From an uncultured virus (IMG/VR IMGVR_UViG_3300025133_000034) (lineage: Duplodnaviria; Heunggongvirae; Uroviricota; Caudoviricetes), in IMG/VR virus record IMGVR_UViG_3300025133_000034: a stretch of 64,000 nucleotides of DNA; one strand, given 5' to 3'. The notes beneath the pieces are model-generated. The model was not told the origin of the DNA. It saw only the letters and a list, made by a program, of their open reading frames with translations, and did not search any database. Below, one piece after another: positions 1-8,866 of this stretch; the stretch's first letter is position 1; every line of letters begins with the position of its first letter. The translations under genes and the position numbers were made by a program.

Positions 1-1
1 A

Positions 2-2236
2 CTCTCGGATTTCTTCGGGCGTTACAGCTGGATATTTTGCATGAAATCGCTTTTCTTGATCAACGCGAGAACCCGTGGAGGCATGGGGAGGACCAGTATC
101 CTGTGAAGCTCGATAGTCGGCTACTCGCTGGGCCGAGGGCGACTCTTCCCCCTCTCTCAAGTCCATTTGAAGTTGTTTGTTTGTCTCCTGTGCAGCGCGA
201 ACAAAATATTTTGTTAACTGGTTTAGAACGTCAGTCTTAAACTTGTTGGAAGTGAAACTCCCGCCAGTGCCAGTGTGGGTCGCGACGTTCAATTGGCGTG
301 TGTCGCCGTATGTAACGCCCAACACACCACGTATGTCTCCTGTTGTCGGACCAATGAGAAAAACTTCATCTTCCATCGGGTATATTAAATTATAGCCGCC
401 CTCGTTGTCAAAGGTAAGCTCAAAATTATCGAACTCTATTTCTTTTGACTCAATTTGAGAGCGCAACTTGTCTATTCTCGATGGCTTTGCAAACCCTAGC
501 TCGACCAATTTGGCACGAAAAGCAGCAAGGTGCTCTTCGTACTCTTTATCGTCTTCCTGTATCGCATCACAAAACTCTTCAAAACCATTAGGTGTTGGGT
601 CGATGTAGCCTATCTCGAATTCAATTCTGAACTCCGCTTCACCAACATTATTTTCGTCTAGGTCGTAATCAGATATCTCATTTCTGAAGTCCATGTTGTC
701 CATGACGTCTCTTGCAAGGGAGTGTTTTTCTGACCAGTTCATTGGAAACTCATCTGCATCGGGTCCGTCCAAATCAATTTCTAGGGTCATGCTGCCATAC
801 ATTCTAACTCGTGGTTCATTTTCTTCACCCTCGTAAGGATCCGTCCCATCGTCCCACTCTTCCCAATTTTGGTTTACAATCTCGTAGCTAGCATAGGAAT
901 GATTTAAGTTGAGATTGCGCTCAATTCTGCTGCACTCCCAATCATATTCGTTTGCCATTTCTTGTAGTCTTTCGGCAGAGCCGTCACCACCGCGAATAAA
1001 ATCTTCTTCTTCGGATTCATCATCGCTCCACTCTCCGCCTGACGCAAACTGGAAACGATCGCTGGACCCGTGCTCTTCAAAGAACTTTCCGAACATATCA
1101 CGAGGCATTGTATCTCGGTAGCTACCACCCTTCATCACAAAATCACGTAAATAATCTGCGCTGACTGTATCACCACCTTCTAAAGCCTCTTCCCACTTGT
1201 TTCTTTGAGCTTCCAACGCCCACTCTCTTACCTTCTCATAGAAGTCAGGTATATCGACGCCATAAGTTCTTTTCTCTGGGATGGCTAGAGAATACTGATT
1301 TTCAGAAAAACTTTGTCCAGTTTTATCAAACCTACGGAGCCTAATACGAGAGAGCGCTTCGATGCCCTCAACATCGCGCTCGTTGTCTTCGAATATTTCG
1401 TTATCGTGAATATCAATGTCTTCTAAGTCTTGGGTCTCCACAACATATGCTATCGGGCCGTTGCCTTTAGCTTCTTTAACAGCACACTGAAAATAATCGC
1501 TACCTTCAGAGTGACACGAGTGAATGTTGGTAAAGTCTGACATTCGCAGTACATCGACAGGATGACGTGAGACAACAATTGAGTAGTCCGTCATCATCTT
1601 ATCAGGATTCTCGCGATAAAACCTTGACTCTTTATTCCAGAAATCTACCCACTCTTCAAGGTATTCGCCATAAACCCTGTGTTTGAAATGTTTATGGTAT
1701 TCCTCATGGGCTTTGTTTTCCGCATTCTGCAGCACTTCAAACTCTTTTTTTACGTCTGGCTCCATCGGCACGCTGCCGCGCTCTCTGTACCATTCGTTAG
1801 CATAGTCCCCCTTTTTGCCACTAGCATCTTGTATCTTCTTATTCAGTGCAGCTGCTCGCTGCAAAACTTTACCGATCTTCTGGTGTTTGACACGAACAAC
1901 CTCTTCCGTGCCGGGGGCTCCAGGCTTGCCTGTGTAACTCATAAAGCCTTTAGATGACAAGCCAGTTTTGAAGTCTACTTCGTAGCCTTGTCGTTCAAGC
2001 CAACTCAATAGTTTGGCAATCGTTGTGCCTTTCGTAATTGATTTGCCAAGGGGAACAATGGTCCGCATCTTGCCATTGAATATATCATTGAATGGCATGT
2101 CAACCTCATTACCATGGTTGCCCATCCAGTCTTCTACGTGTTCGGCATACTCATAAGAGATTTCATTAAGGATCTCTTCCCTGATAACACCAGACTTAAA
2201 ATTATTCCAGTTTTCGAAAAGCTTTTGCATCTTCAT
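2..2236 (-). CDS. large hypothetical protein, 3' end outside window; probable internal head protein
   Basis: Missing from the ORF track, consistent with no stop before the window edge. Read manually from ATG 2236: MKMQKLFENWNNFKSGVIREEILNEISYEY...; ACTATTTA motif 5 nt upstream; N-terminal [LI]xE sites. Confidence 0.75.
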   Translation of the reverse strand, partial: MKMQKLFENWNNFKSGVIREEILNEISYEYAEHVEDWMGNHGNEVDMPFNDIFNGKMRTIVPLGKSITKGTTIAKLLSWLERQGYEVDFKTGLSSKGFMSYTGKPGAPGTEEVVRVKHQKIGKVLQRAAALNKKIQDASGKKGDYANEWYRERGSVPMEPDVKKEFEVLQNAENKAHEEYHKHFKHRVYGEYLEEWVDFWNKESRFYRENPDKMMTDYSIVVSRHPVDVLRMSDFTNIHSCHSEGSDYFQCAVKEAKGNGPIAYVVETQDLEDIDIHDNEIFEDNERDVEGIEALSRIRLRRFDKTGQSFSENQYSLAIPEKRTYGVDIPDFYEKVREWALEAQRNKWEEALEGGDTVSADYLRDFVMKGGSYRDTMPRDMFGKFFEEHGSSDRFQFASGGEWSDDESEEEDFIRGGDGSAERLQEMANEYDWECSRIERNLNLNHSYASYEIVNQNWEEWDDGTDPYEGEENEPRVRMYGSMTLEIDLDGPDADEFPMNWSEKHSLARDVMDNMDFRNEISDYDLDENNVGEAEFRIEFEIGYIDPTPNGFEEFCDAIQEDDKEYEEHLAAFRAKLVELGFAKPSRIDKLRSQIESKEIEFDNFELTFDNEGGYNLIYPMEDEVFLIGPTTGDIRGVLGVTYGDTRQLNVATHTGTGGSFTSNKFKTDVLNQLTKYFVRAAQETNKQLQMDLREGEESPSAQRVADYRASQDTGPPHASTGSRVDQEKRFHAKYPAVTPEEIRE

Positions 2237-2268
2237 AACAGTAAATAGTTACTTATGTTTATAACGAA

Positions 2269-2448
2269 TTAACTAATTAAAGCTAATTGATTTGGCCCGT
2301 GCGTTGACTTAAATTCAGTGTCGAACCAATGGACAAGGTAAGTTATATATGTGTTCTTAGACTTGGCGTTCCTTGTCGACTTAATCTCGACAATAATGCC
2401 GCGCGACCCGGGCATCGCTTTATCTGTTACCAGGTCGCCTATCTCCAT
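2269..2448 (-). CDS. small hypothetical protein (59 aa), KOW/SH3-like start
   Basis: Manual translation MEIGDLVTDKAMPGSRGIIVEIK...LALIS*; starts 3 nt after the upstream ORF stop. Confidence 0.6.
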   Translation of the reverse strand: MEIGDLVTDKAMPGSRGIIVEIKSTRNAKSKNTYITYLVHWFDTEFKSTHGPNQLALIS

Positions 2449-2451
2449 CAG

Positions 2452-2805
2452 TCAATCCGAAACTATCTTATCAATAACTTCCAAAGTCTTTTCCATGACT
2501 TTTAAAGCCATAACATCCTTAATGGCATCGACCATATCTTCCGCACTGGAATTGTGCAATTGCAAAAAGTCTTCTGTGCTCATGCCAGATTTGGAATTGT
2601 GGCAATTAAGCTTCTCGCTAGTAACAGACTCCTGTGCCTGTTGCACAGGTTGCTGGTTACGTTGTTGATTATTTACTTCCTGGTTTTGAGATTGTACACC
2701 TTGTCCTGGGCGGGTGGGTGCCACAACCTGTGAAGTAACTGCGCCAACTTTCATTTTAATACCTCTTTTATTATCTCTGTTGTATCCTGTTAGTGGTAAA
2801 TACAT
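2452..2805 (-). CDS. hypothetical Gln/Asn-rich protein
   Basis: ORF in the coding orientation with ACTATTTA just upstream; an alternative start at MKVGAV (2755) has an AGAGG RBS. Confidence 0.6.
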   Translation of the reverse strand: MYLPLTGYNRDNKRGIKMKVGAVTSQVVAPTRPGQGVQSQNQEVNNQQRNQQPVQQAQESVTSEKLNCHNSKSGMSTEDFLQLHNSSAEDMVDAIKDVMALKVMEKTLEVIDKIVSD

Positions 2806-2846
2806 CAATAATAAATAGTATTAGAAAAAGCGTAATATGCTAATAA

Positions 2847-3077
2847 CTATCGTCTACTCTCATAATAACCGCGATCGAAGACGGCGTATGAAGAATTCAT
2901 ATACGCAATAGCTTGCTCTAACTTAATGTTATATCCTTGCGCGGCCATGGCTTCAATAATGCCCTTGGCAATGTGTTTGGGCGGTTCATAGGTCTTCTTC
3001 TGAACTTTGAAGAGCTTTTTATAGCCCTTTATTCTGTCTTCTTTATACTTGGAATAAAGTAAATTGTTGCCTTTCAT
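2847..3077 (-). CDS. hypothetical protein
   Basis: 76-aa ORF preceded by two tandem TTGACC-N16 promoters. Confidence 0.6.
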   Translation of the reverse strand: MKGNNLLYSKYKEDRIKGYKKLFKVQKKTYEPPKHIAKGIIEAMAAQGYNIKLEQAIAYMNSSYAVFDRGYYESRR

Positions 3078-3103
3078 ATTAATAACACACCTGGTATAAC
3101 AAA

Positions 3104-3158
3104 ACCATAAGAACGATTAAACCTAGGTCAATCATAAAAAATCTTAATGCCGGGTCAA
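3104..3158 (-). promoter_or_regulatory. two tandem sigma70-like promoters
   Basis: TTGACC-N16-TATGAT (3158-3131) and TTGACC-N16-TATGGT (3131-3104). Confidence 0.6.
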
Positions 3159-3164
3159 AGTCCT

Positions 3165-3368
3165 TCAACCGCTTTCGCTCACAATCTCTAAATCTGCTTT
3201 CATAAAACTTCTAATTTCATCTTCTAACAAAGGGAAAATAACACTGCATACGTCACACCTCTCTTGTAAAACAATTCCTATGGTTTCAAAAGGAATACCA
3301 ATGATATCATTTATACCACTGGTAAAGTGCGAATGAATATTGAGCTTTACTAAGTTTCCCACCTTCAT
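3165..3368 (-). CDS. small hypothetical protein, KOW/SH3-like (MKVGNLV)
   Basis: 67-aa ORF; ACTACTTA motif 5 nt upstream of the ATG. Confidence 0.65.
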   Translation of the reverse strand: MKVGNLVKLNIHSHFTSGINDIIGIPFETIGIVLQERCDVCSVIFPLLEDEIRSFMKADLEIVSESG

Positions 3369-3391
3369 AATAATAAGTAGTAAGAAATATG

Positions 3392-3468
3392 TGGTACGCC
3401 CGACAGGATTCGAACCTGTGACCCTCGGCTTAGAAGGCCGATGCTCTATCCAGCTGAGCTACGGGCGC
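3392..3468 (-). tRNA. tRNA-Arg (TCT)
   Basis: GCGCCCGTAGCTCAGCTGGATAGAGC...TCGGC-CT-TCT-AA-GCCGA...GGTTCGAATCC...GGGCGTACCA; cloverleaf with encoded CCA. Confidence 0.95.
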
Positions 3469-3473
3469 AGAGA

Positions 3474-3548
3474 TGGAGCTGGCGGTCAGATTCGAACTGA
3501 CAACATTCACGTTGGCAACGTGACACTCTGCCATTGAGCTACGCCAGC
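3474..3548 (-). tRNA. tRNA-Gly (GCC)
   Basis: GCTGGCGTAGCTCAATGGCAGAG...TCACG-TT-GCC-AA-CGTGA...GTTCGAATC...CGCCAGCTCCA. Confidence 0.93.
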
Positions 3549-3551
3549 AAA

Positions 3552-3650
3552 TTATAGTCCAAATAGCACAAAAATTACAGTACCAATGGTCAAGCCAATC
3601 ATAATCCTTGTAAAGAACTTATCGCTTTCTAAATGATGCATGTTGTTCAT
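3552..3650 (-). CDS. 32-aa single-pass membrane peptide between tRNA genes
   Basis: MNNMHHLESDKFFTRIMIGLTIGTVIFVLFGL*; AAGGAG RBS. Confidence 0.55.
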   Translation of the reverse strand: MNNMHHLESDKFFTRIMIGLTIGTVIFVLFGL

Positions 3651-3674
3651 AATTCTACTCCTTATGTAGTATCC

Positions 3675-3762
3675 TGGTAGCCCCGGCGGGACTCGAACCC
3701 GCAAGCCCAGTATAGGCGTCAGATTTTAAGTCTGATGTGTATGCCAATTCCACCACAGGGCC
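3675..3762 (-). tRNA. tRNA-Leu (TAA)
   Basis: GGCCCTGTGGTGGAATTGGCATACAC...TCAGA-CT-TAA-AA-TCTGA, long variable arm, GGTTCGAGTCC, CCA end. Confidence 0.95.
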
Positions 3763-3798
3763 AAAAAGCGCCGAAGCGCACAAAACGTAAGTTTTAGT

Positions 3799-4020
3799 TT
3801 AGTTTTCTACGTCCTCTTCTACTGTAGAAGCAGTATCGGCATCGTCAAGAGAAACTTCCACATCGGGAGTTAACAACTCTTCAACATCCTCAACTGTGAT
3901 GTCACCAATCTCCACAACATCGCTAGTGGTTTGCTCCAGAACAGGTGAATCATCAGTAGCGCAGCCATAAGCAGCTACAATCATTAGCAAAATCATTGCA
4001 AATAGAACCTTCATAATCAT
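3799..4020 (-). CDS. putative lipoprotein with acidic mature part
   Basis: Signal peptide plus lipobox-like AYGC; D/E-rich tail; AAGGAG RBS. Confidence 0.7.
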   Translation of the reverse strand: MIMKVLFAMILLMIVAAYGCATDDSPVLEQTTSDVVEIGDITVEDVEELLTPDVEVSLDDADTASTVEEDVEN

Positions 4021-4046
4021 CTCCTTTTAAAAAATTATGAATTATA

Positions 4047-4074
4047 AATATACTCACTATAAAAAAATAGTAAA
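4047..4074 (-). promoter_or_regulatory. sigma70-like promoter upstream of lipoprotein and tRNA cluster
   Basis: TTTACT-N16-TATATT. Confidence 0.5.
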
Positions 4075-4078
4075 TAAA

Positions 4079-4237
4079 TTATTTGGAATAATCAGAGGCC
4101 TCTTCTTGGATGCTGTCGACAACTCTTCCGGTAGTCTTCTTGACATCTTTGGCTATTTGGCCCACAGTTACACTATTATCTATACAATATGGCGCTGACA
4201 AAACAGCGATTATCGCCAGGATAATTAACGCTTTCAC
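4079..4237 (-). CDS. small secreted or membrane protein (52 aa)
   Basis: GTG start overlaps the upstream TGA; MKALIILAIIAVLSAP... Confidence 0.55.
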   Translation of the reverse strand: MKALIILAIIAVLSAPYCIDNSVTVGQIAKDVKKTTGRVVDSIQEEASDYSK

Positions 4238-4416
4238 ATCTCACCTGCCTTCTCTTTCGAGAGAAGAGTCTTTAATTTGTCTCTGATACGATCGATCATA
4301 CCAATTCTACTATCGGGAGTACCAGATCCATAGTCGATAGCCTTCTTCAACATGTAAAGCTCTTGAAGAACTTCATTAATTACGTGCTCCTTCTTGTCAG
4401 GGACGTACACTCTCAT
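4234..4416 (-). CDS. hypothetical protein
   Basis: 60-aa ORF with AGGAGA RBS. Confidence 0.7.
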   Translation of the reverse strand: MRVYVPDKKEHVINEVLQELYMLKKAIDYGSGTPDSRIGMIDRIRDKLKTLLSKEKAGEM

Positions 4417-4427
4417 AGTTATTTCTC

Positions 4428-4580
4428 CTATATATCGATAACTATTACGCGCTCATTTTCTCTTTGCTCACGTTGTTTTTCCTCTTCTTCTCGTTGTCTC
4501 ACCCACTCCTCGTAGAGCCTTCTCTCCTCCGCAGAGGGAATAGCTAGCTCTTGCCAGATAGGCTGGGGTCCATCGGTCAA
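4428..4580 (-). CDS. small charged hypothetical protein (50 aa)
   Basis: TTG start overlaps the upstream stop; ...ERRLYEEWVRQREEEEKQREQRENERVIVIDI*; fills the gap between neighbours. Confidence 0.5.
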   Translation of the reverse strand: MTDGPQPIWQELAIPSAEERRLYEEWVRQREEEEKQREQRENERVIVIDI

Positions 4581-4765
4581 CTGCCTTGGCCCCTGGATGG
4601 CTTGCGGCGCCGGTGACTAGCGCCCGGTGGTGACCCGGTGCGTTGACCATTGTGAAAAGCTTCGCCACCGGAGTGAGACTTTTTTGTATAACTTCCGGCG
4701 CCTTGGCTGGTCTTCTTTTTGTTAGTGGGAAGTACACTAGTGCTACCATAAAATCTAGACATCAA
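4577..4765 (-). CDS. small basic hypothetical protein
   Basis: K/R/G/S-rich 62 aa, overlaps the def stop, AAGGAG upstream. Confidence 0.55.
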   Translation of the reverse strand: MMSRFYGSTSVLPTNKKKTSQGAGSYTKKSHSGGEAFHNGQRTGSPPGASHRRRKPSRGQGS

Positions 4766-5207
4766 ATAACTCCTTGTCTACAGCACGATCAAACATCGTG
4801 GTTCCATTTAGATGATCAATTTCGTGTTGTACACAAACACACTCCAAAGCGTTCTTCTCAAAAGAAAAAAATAATTGGTTAGTGTGATTGTCGTTCGTAA
4901 CAACGATATCGGTCCATCTTTCAGTTAAAACATAGTCACCCTTGAAGGAAAGACAACCCTCTTGAAAGAAACTTTTTCCGAACTTGCCAACTATCCTAGG
5001 GTTTATGAGAATAAGCGGCTTTGCAACTTTTATAACACATACTGCTGCGTCGATCCCTACTTGATTTGCGGCTAGGCCGATGGCGTCGGGCTCTTGAGCA
5101 AGTATCTCAATAAGCTTATTGCCTATTTGTATACCATCCAATTTGGATACGCATGGCTCACAAACTTTCGCTAGCTTCCTTATATCCGTTACGTATACGT
5201 ATGCCAC
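4755..5207 (-). CDS. def: peptide deformylase
   Basis: Motifs IGLAANQVG, EGCLS, QHEIDHLNG. Confidence 0.95.
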   Translation of the reverse strand: MAYVYVTDIRKLAKVCEPCVSKLDGIQIGNKLIEILAQEPDAIGLAANQVGIDAAVCVIKVAKPLILINPRIVGKFGKSFFQEGCLSFKGDYVLTERWTDIVVTNDNHTNQLFFSFEKNALECVCVQHEIDHLNGTTMFDRAVDKELFDV

Positions 5208-5289
5208 CCTTTTGGGCTCCCCGTGATCATATGCTGTCTTATATAACTATAATCACAGGGGAGCAAACTCAAAGAATTTAAAAATTAAT

Positions 5290-5718
5290 TTACTTAATTT
5301 CTACGCGAAGGGGCTTGGCTTCGGCTCGTGTCGGGATAACCAATCTGAGTAGCCCGTTTTCGAACTCGGCGCGTACGGCTTCGAGATCCAAATTATTATC
5401 GTAGTTTACGTAGGTCTTGGAAAAACTTCGGCGAGCAACACGACGGTTACGTTCACGTATATCGAGGTTATCATTATTCGCACTGACCGTAATGCTTTTC
5501 TTTTCTGATTTGATCTCAATAGAAAGATCCTCCTTAGAAAATCCCGCCAGGGCAAATTCCATTACAGTATCTCCTCCATCTTCTCTATAAATATCAGCGA
5601 CAGGGTAGCCCTGTGTTGTCCTCTGCATCAATTGCGGAAAATCCAACATTGAATCGAAGATCTCGTTGAACACGCCATGGCCAAGAAGGCTCGGTCTGTA
5701 AGCAGTAAGTGTAGTCAT
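5290..5718 (-). CDS. small heat shock protein (Hsp20/IbpA family)
   Basis: YPVADI, ALAGFSKEDLSI, ARRSF, A-FENGLLRL alpha-crystallin pattern. Confidence 0.92.
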   Translation of the reverse strand: MTTLTAYRPSLLGHGVFNEIFDSMLDFPQLMQRTTQGYPVADIYREDGGDTVMEFALAGFSKEDLSIEIKSEKKSITVSANNDNLDIRERNRRVARRSFSKTYVNYDNNLDLEAVRAEFENGLLRLVIPTRAEAKPLRVEIK

Positions 5719-5784
5719 AATATTTTCTCCTTATTAAGCAAGTTAAGCCGTTGTTTCCTTACCAGCAAAACACCAGCTTTTAAA

Positions 5785-5812
5785 AGAGTAAACACCCTGT
5801 AAAGATAGTCAA
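5785..5812 (-). promoter_or_regulatory. sigma70-like promoter of Hsp20
   Basis: TTGACT-N16-TACTCT. Confidence 0.5.
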
Positions 5813-5825
5813 GAAAAAAAATAAA

Positions 5826-6161
5826 CTATTTCCAAAAAACCTGAATGGCTATGATTATACAAGAAAGAAATAGGCAAACCATAATCTTGGGCTCGAAGAC
5901 GCTTTCTTTTAGGAAGATATAAGTCAGCAAACCAAAAATTATATTTGACACCCCAAAGCCTATTAGCTTTGAAGACCACAGTTGATCAGTATTCAGCACA
6001 ATATTGCGTATAGCATACCAGAAACACAGCCCTACCGGTATGGAAAACAATAGGCTAGATAAGAGAGGCTTATCTTTCCACCATGGCCAGACAAATTGAG
6101 AGTTGTACTGGAACCATGCAAGTATGTTTCCAATTATAAAAAATATAATTCCAGTCGACAT
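5826..6161 (-). CDS. small four-helix membrane protein (DMT/SMR-like)
   Basis: Four hydrophobic segments in 111 aa; FLKES-like loop before the last helix. Confidence 0.6.
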   Translation of the reverse strand: MSTGIIFFIIGNILAWFQYNSQFVWPWWKDKPLLSSLLFSIPVGLCFWYAIRNIVLNTDQLWSSKLIGFGVSNIIFGLLTYIFLKESVFEPKIMVCLFLSCIIIAIQVFWK

Positions 6162-6163
6162 TA

Positions 6164-6574
6164 TTAATGTAAGCCGATACTACACGAAAAGCGATTTAAA
6201 TCATCAACCGCCATATATCTTGTTATTAGAAGATTCTGCAAATCCGTAATTGAACGCTCTGTAAAAATATGATCGTCCTCTTGTGTTATCTCGTTTTTAG
6301 CATATGCCGGCGTTGAAATTTCCACATTTAATTTATGCTTTATAGAGTAGTTGACCCACATAAGCTCTGAGATTATTGGTAAAACCACCTCTTTGTTGTG
6401 AGAAGAGTGCTCGGTGTCCAGTATCTCCTTGAGGAAACCAGACGCAATTGATATTTGCAGGTTGCACTCATCTAATATTTCATTAACGTAGCCTTGTGGC
6501 AGAGTATAAACTTGGCTGGGTGGACTTTCTTCAGACACTTTCCAACCACTGCTGTAAATCTGTGTAGCCACCAA
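6164..6574 (-). CDS. hypothetical protein (true start possibly a downstream GTG near 6538)
   Basis: ORF filling the gap in the operon. Confidence 0.6.
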   Translation of the reverse strand: MVATQIYSSGWKVSEESPPSQVYTLPQGYVNEILDECNLQISIASGFLKEILDTEHSSHNKEVVLPIISELMWVNYSIKHKLNVEISTPAYAKNEITQEDDHIFTERSITDLQNLLITRYMAVDDLNRFSCSIGLH

Positions 6575-6773
6575 TAAACCTTATGTCTTGGCCGTTGCGA
6601 AAGAAAACCATGGGTACGGTCGACCAGTTGTGAGCCTCTTTTATTTCTTTTAAAGTCTCTCTCTGACCTTCGTCAAATTGGACCAGGTTATAAGGCTTTT
6701 CTTCCTGCTGCAACAGTTCAACAGCCTTCACACAGAAGGGACATTCGTCCTTAACAAATAATATATATCTCAT
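6531..6773 (-). CDS. glutaredoxin
   Basis: CPFC active site, TVP, FIGGYTDL. Confidence 0.92.
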   Translation of the reverse strand: MRYILFVKDECPFCVKAVELLQQEEKPYNLVQFDEGQRETLKEIKEAHNWSTVPMVFFRNGQDIRFIGGYTDLQQWLESV

Positions 6774-6776
6774 TTT

Positions 6777-6968
6777 TCACCCCACCTTATAGACACTGCT
6801 TCTATTAACTAACCACTTCTTGTTTTCGTAAAATACCTCATAACAACCTTCTTTTTCCCCTGTTATAAGAAGGTTGATTGGCTCTTTCAACTTGTGTGTT
6901 AGTGACTCGCTATATATAACAACTTCCGACGGCACGTAAACCAAGTCTCCAACTTCAAATTTCTTCAT
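6777..6968 (-). CDS. small hypothetical protein, KOW/SH3-like (KFEVGDLVYV)
   Basis: Likely start MKKFEVGDLV overlapping the upstream gene end. Confidence 0.6.
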   Translation of the reverse strand: MKKFEVGDLVYVPSEVVIYSESLTHKLKEPINLLITGEKEGCYEVFYENKKWLVNRSSVYKVG

Positions 6969-7242
6969 TGCTTTCTTCTTGTGGCAACGTCTCCTCCTCA
7001 TGAGGATTGAAAACCTGGTTCCATCCTATCGATATATTTGATGCGTCTTGCAATTTTATCTCCACCATGTTGAGTAATTCAGAGGTCTTGTTGAACCCAT
7101 CAATCATGCCTGGTACATCATACATTTTGGTCCTCAGCATGTTTGAAGCTTCATGTAAGATACGACGACACTCGGAAACAATCTGATTTACCTGCTCCGG
7201 AACGTCTTCTATATCAATTGTTCTGGTTATTTTAACTTTCAT
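6955..7242 (-). CDS. hypothetical protein
   Basis: 95-aa ORF coupled to the groEL end, GGAG RBS. Confidence 0.7.
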   Translation of the reverse strand: MKVKITRTIDIEDVPEQVNQIVSECRRILHEASNMLRTKMYDVPGMIDGFNKTSELLNMVEIKLQDASNISIGWNQVFNPHEEETLPQEESNEEI

Positions 7243-8812
7243 TGCTAGTCTCCACTATGGCGTTGCTGGTTGTAAGAAGTGTCGATGATACCGAAACGGC
7301 ATTTTGAATAGCTATGATTGCTACCTTAGCTGGGTCGACTACCCCTGCAGCTATCATATCAACGCGCTCGTCGGTTTTAAAATCCCAACCGTAATCATCA
7401 TAAAGAAGAGCTTCGATGTTGTTGATAATTAGGTCTCCGCTTTTGCCAGCGTTGGTTGACATCTGACGTATGGGCGACTCCAGAGATTTACGAATAATAT
7501 CTGCGCCTATTCTTTGATCTTCGTTCTCGGCTTGAATTGCGAAGTCGCGACAGCGTAACAGGGCAGTGCCGCCTCCAGGTACGATACCGCCCTCTTGTGC
7601 GGCCTTTACTGCTTCTAAGGCATCTTCGATTCTGTGCTTCTTTTCAGTCATCTCAATCTCAGTCAACCCACCGACCTTTATGACAGCAACGCCGCTGGAC
7701 AGGCGAGTGATTCTCATCTGAAGTTTGCGGCACTCTTCAACACTGTCAGTTTGTTTGATCTCACTCTTGAGTGACTCAATTTTTTTATCAATCGCCTCCC
7801 AGTCTGCTTGGCCTCCCATGATGGTTGTAGAGTTTTTCAATACTTCAATTCTCTTGCATACGCCAAAATCAACTAGCTTGACTTCTTCAAGCTTCCGGCC
7901 GGAAGCTCTACTAATAAAATTAGCACCAGTAGCCAAACACAAGTCTTTCATGTTGCTGTGTCTCTCCGCGCCGTACCCGGGGGCCTTAACAGCAGCGACT
8001 TTCATGCTGCCGCGGACTGTGTTCATTATCAATGCTGCTAGGGCCTGGCCCTCTGCTTGCTCAGCAACTATTATTAATGGCTTCGCTTCTCGGGCAGCTA
8101 ATTCCAAAACAGGCAATATTGTCTTAACATGTTCAACCTTATAGTCGGTCACCAGTATAATAGCGTCCTCGTAAACTATAGAATTTCTACGTTGATCATT
8201 TACAAACGCCTGAGCAAAATAGCCAGAATTAAAACGAAAACCCTCCACTAAATCCAAACTCGTATCAACAGACTTGCCATTCTCAATTAATATTGACCCA
8301 TCATGACCAGCCTTGTCAACAGCTGATGATATCAGACTTCCGATAGAGGCATCTCCATTAGCTGAGACAGTTGCAACGTATTCTATGTCTTGCATCGAGT
8401 CAACTGGCTTTGCCATATCTCTGACCATATCAGTGACCTCTTTAACCGCTTTGTCCATCCCCTTCTTGACCTCAACGGGAGAGCAACCAGCAATCAAATA
8501 TTTTTGGCTATTTCTGAGTATGTCTCTAGCCAAAACAGTGGAAGTGGTGGTACCATCTCCAGCCATAGAATTCGTCTGAGCTGCGACCTGCTTTAATATC
8601 TGTGCGCCGGCCTGTTCAAAGGGATCTGATAGATCTACAAAATTAGCTACCGTAACTCCGTCCTTTGTGATAATTGGATTGGCTTCTTTTTTGTGTAGAA
8701 TCACATTTCTACCTTTTGGGCCCAAGGTAGCGGCAACATAGTCGGCCAACTTGTTAACCCCGGACATTACTTTTCGCTGTAGTTCTAGACCTTCAGCATA
8801 AACTTTCTGCAT
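7232..8812 (-). CDS. groEL: chaperonin GroEL (phage-encoded, divergent)
   Basis: TLGPKGRNV, ITKDGVTVA, AGDGTTT, AVKAPGYG, EKKHRIEDAL, GIVPGGG, GVVDP; no GGM tail. Confidence 0.96.
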   Translation of the reverse strand: MQKVYAEGLELQRKVMSGVNKLADYVAATLGPKGRNVILHKKEANPIITKDGVTVANFVDLSDPFEQAGAQILKQVAAQTNSMAGDGTTTSTVLARDILRNSQKYLIAGCSPVEVKKGMDKAVKEVTDMVRDMAKPVDSMQDIEYVATVSANGDASIGSLISSAVDKAGHDGSILIENGKSVDTSLDLVEGFRFNSGYFAQAFVNDQRRNSIVYEDAIILVTDYKVEHVKTILPVLELAAREAKPLIIVAEQAEGQALAALIMNTVRGSMKVAAVKAPGYGAERHSNMKDLCLATGANFISRASGRKLEEVKLVDFGVCKRIEVLKNSTTIMGGQADWEAIDKKIESLKSEIKQTDSVEECRKLQMRITRLSSGVAVIKVGGLTEIEMTEKKHRIEDALEAVKAAQEGGIVPGGGTALLRCRDFAIQAENEDQRIGADIIRKSLESPIRQMSTNAGKSGDLIINNIEALLYDDYGWDFKTDERVDMIAAGVVDPAKVAIIAIQNAVSVSSTLLTTSNAIVETSNES

Positions 8813-8830
8813 ATATACCTCTCTGAATAT

Positions 8831-8858
8831 ACAGTAATTACATTATAAATTAAGTCAA
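8831..8858 (-). promoter_or_regulatory. sigma70-like promoter of groEL
   Basis: TTGACT-N16-TACTGT followed by a GAGG RBS. Confidence 0.5.
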
Positions 8859-8866
8859 TGTATTAT

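Noticed and set aside
2452..2805. Resemblance of MSTEDFLQL to the FlgD N-terminus
   Set aside because: Only a short match; the following LxxQLxxQDP motif is absent
4468..4749. 93-aa minus-strand ORF
   Set aside because: Two coupled ORFs in other frames (4577-4765, 4428-4580) tile the region better
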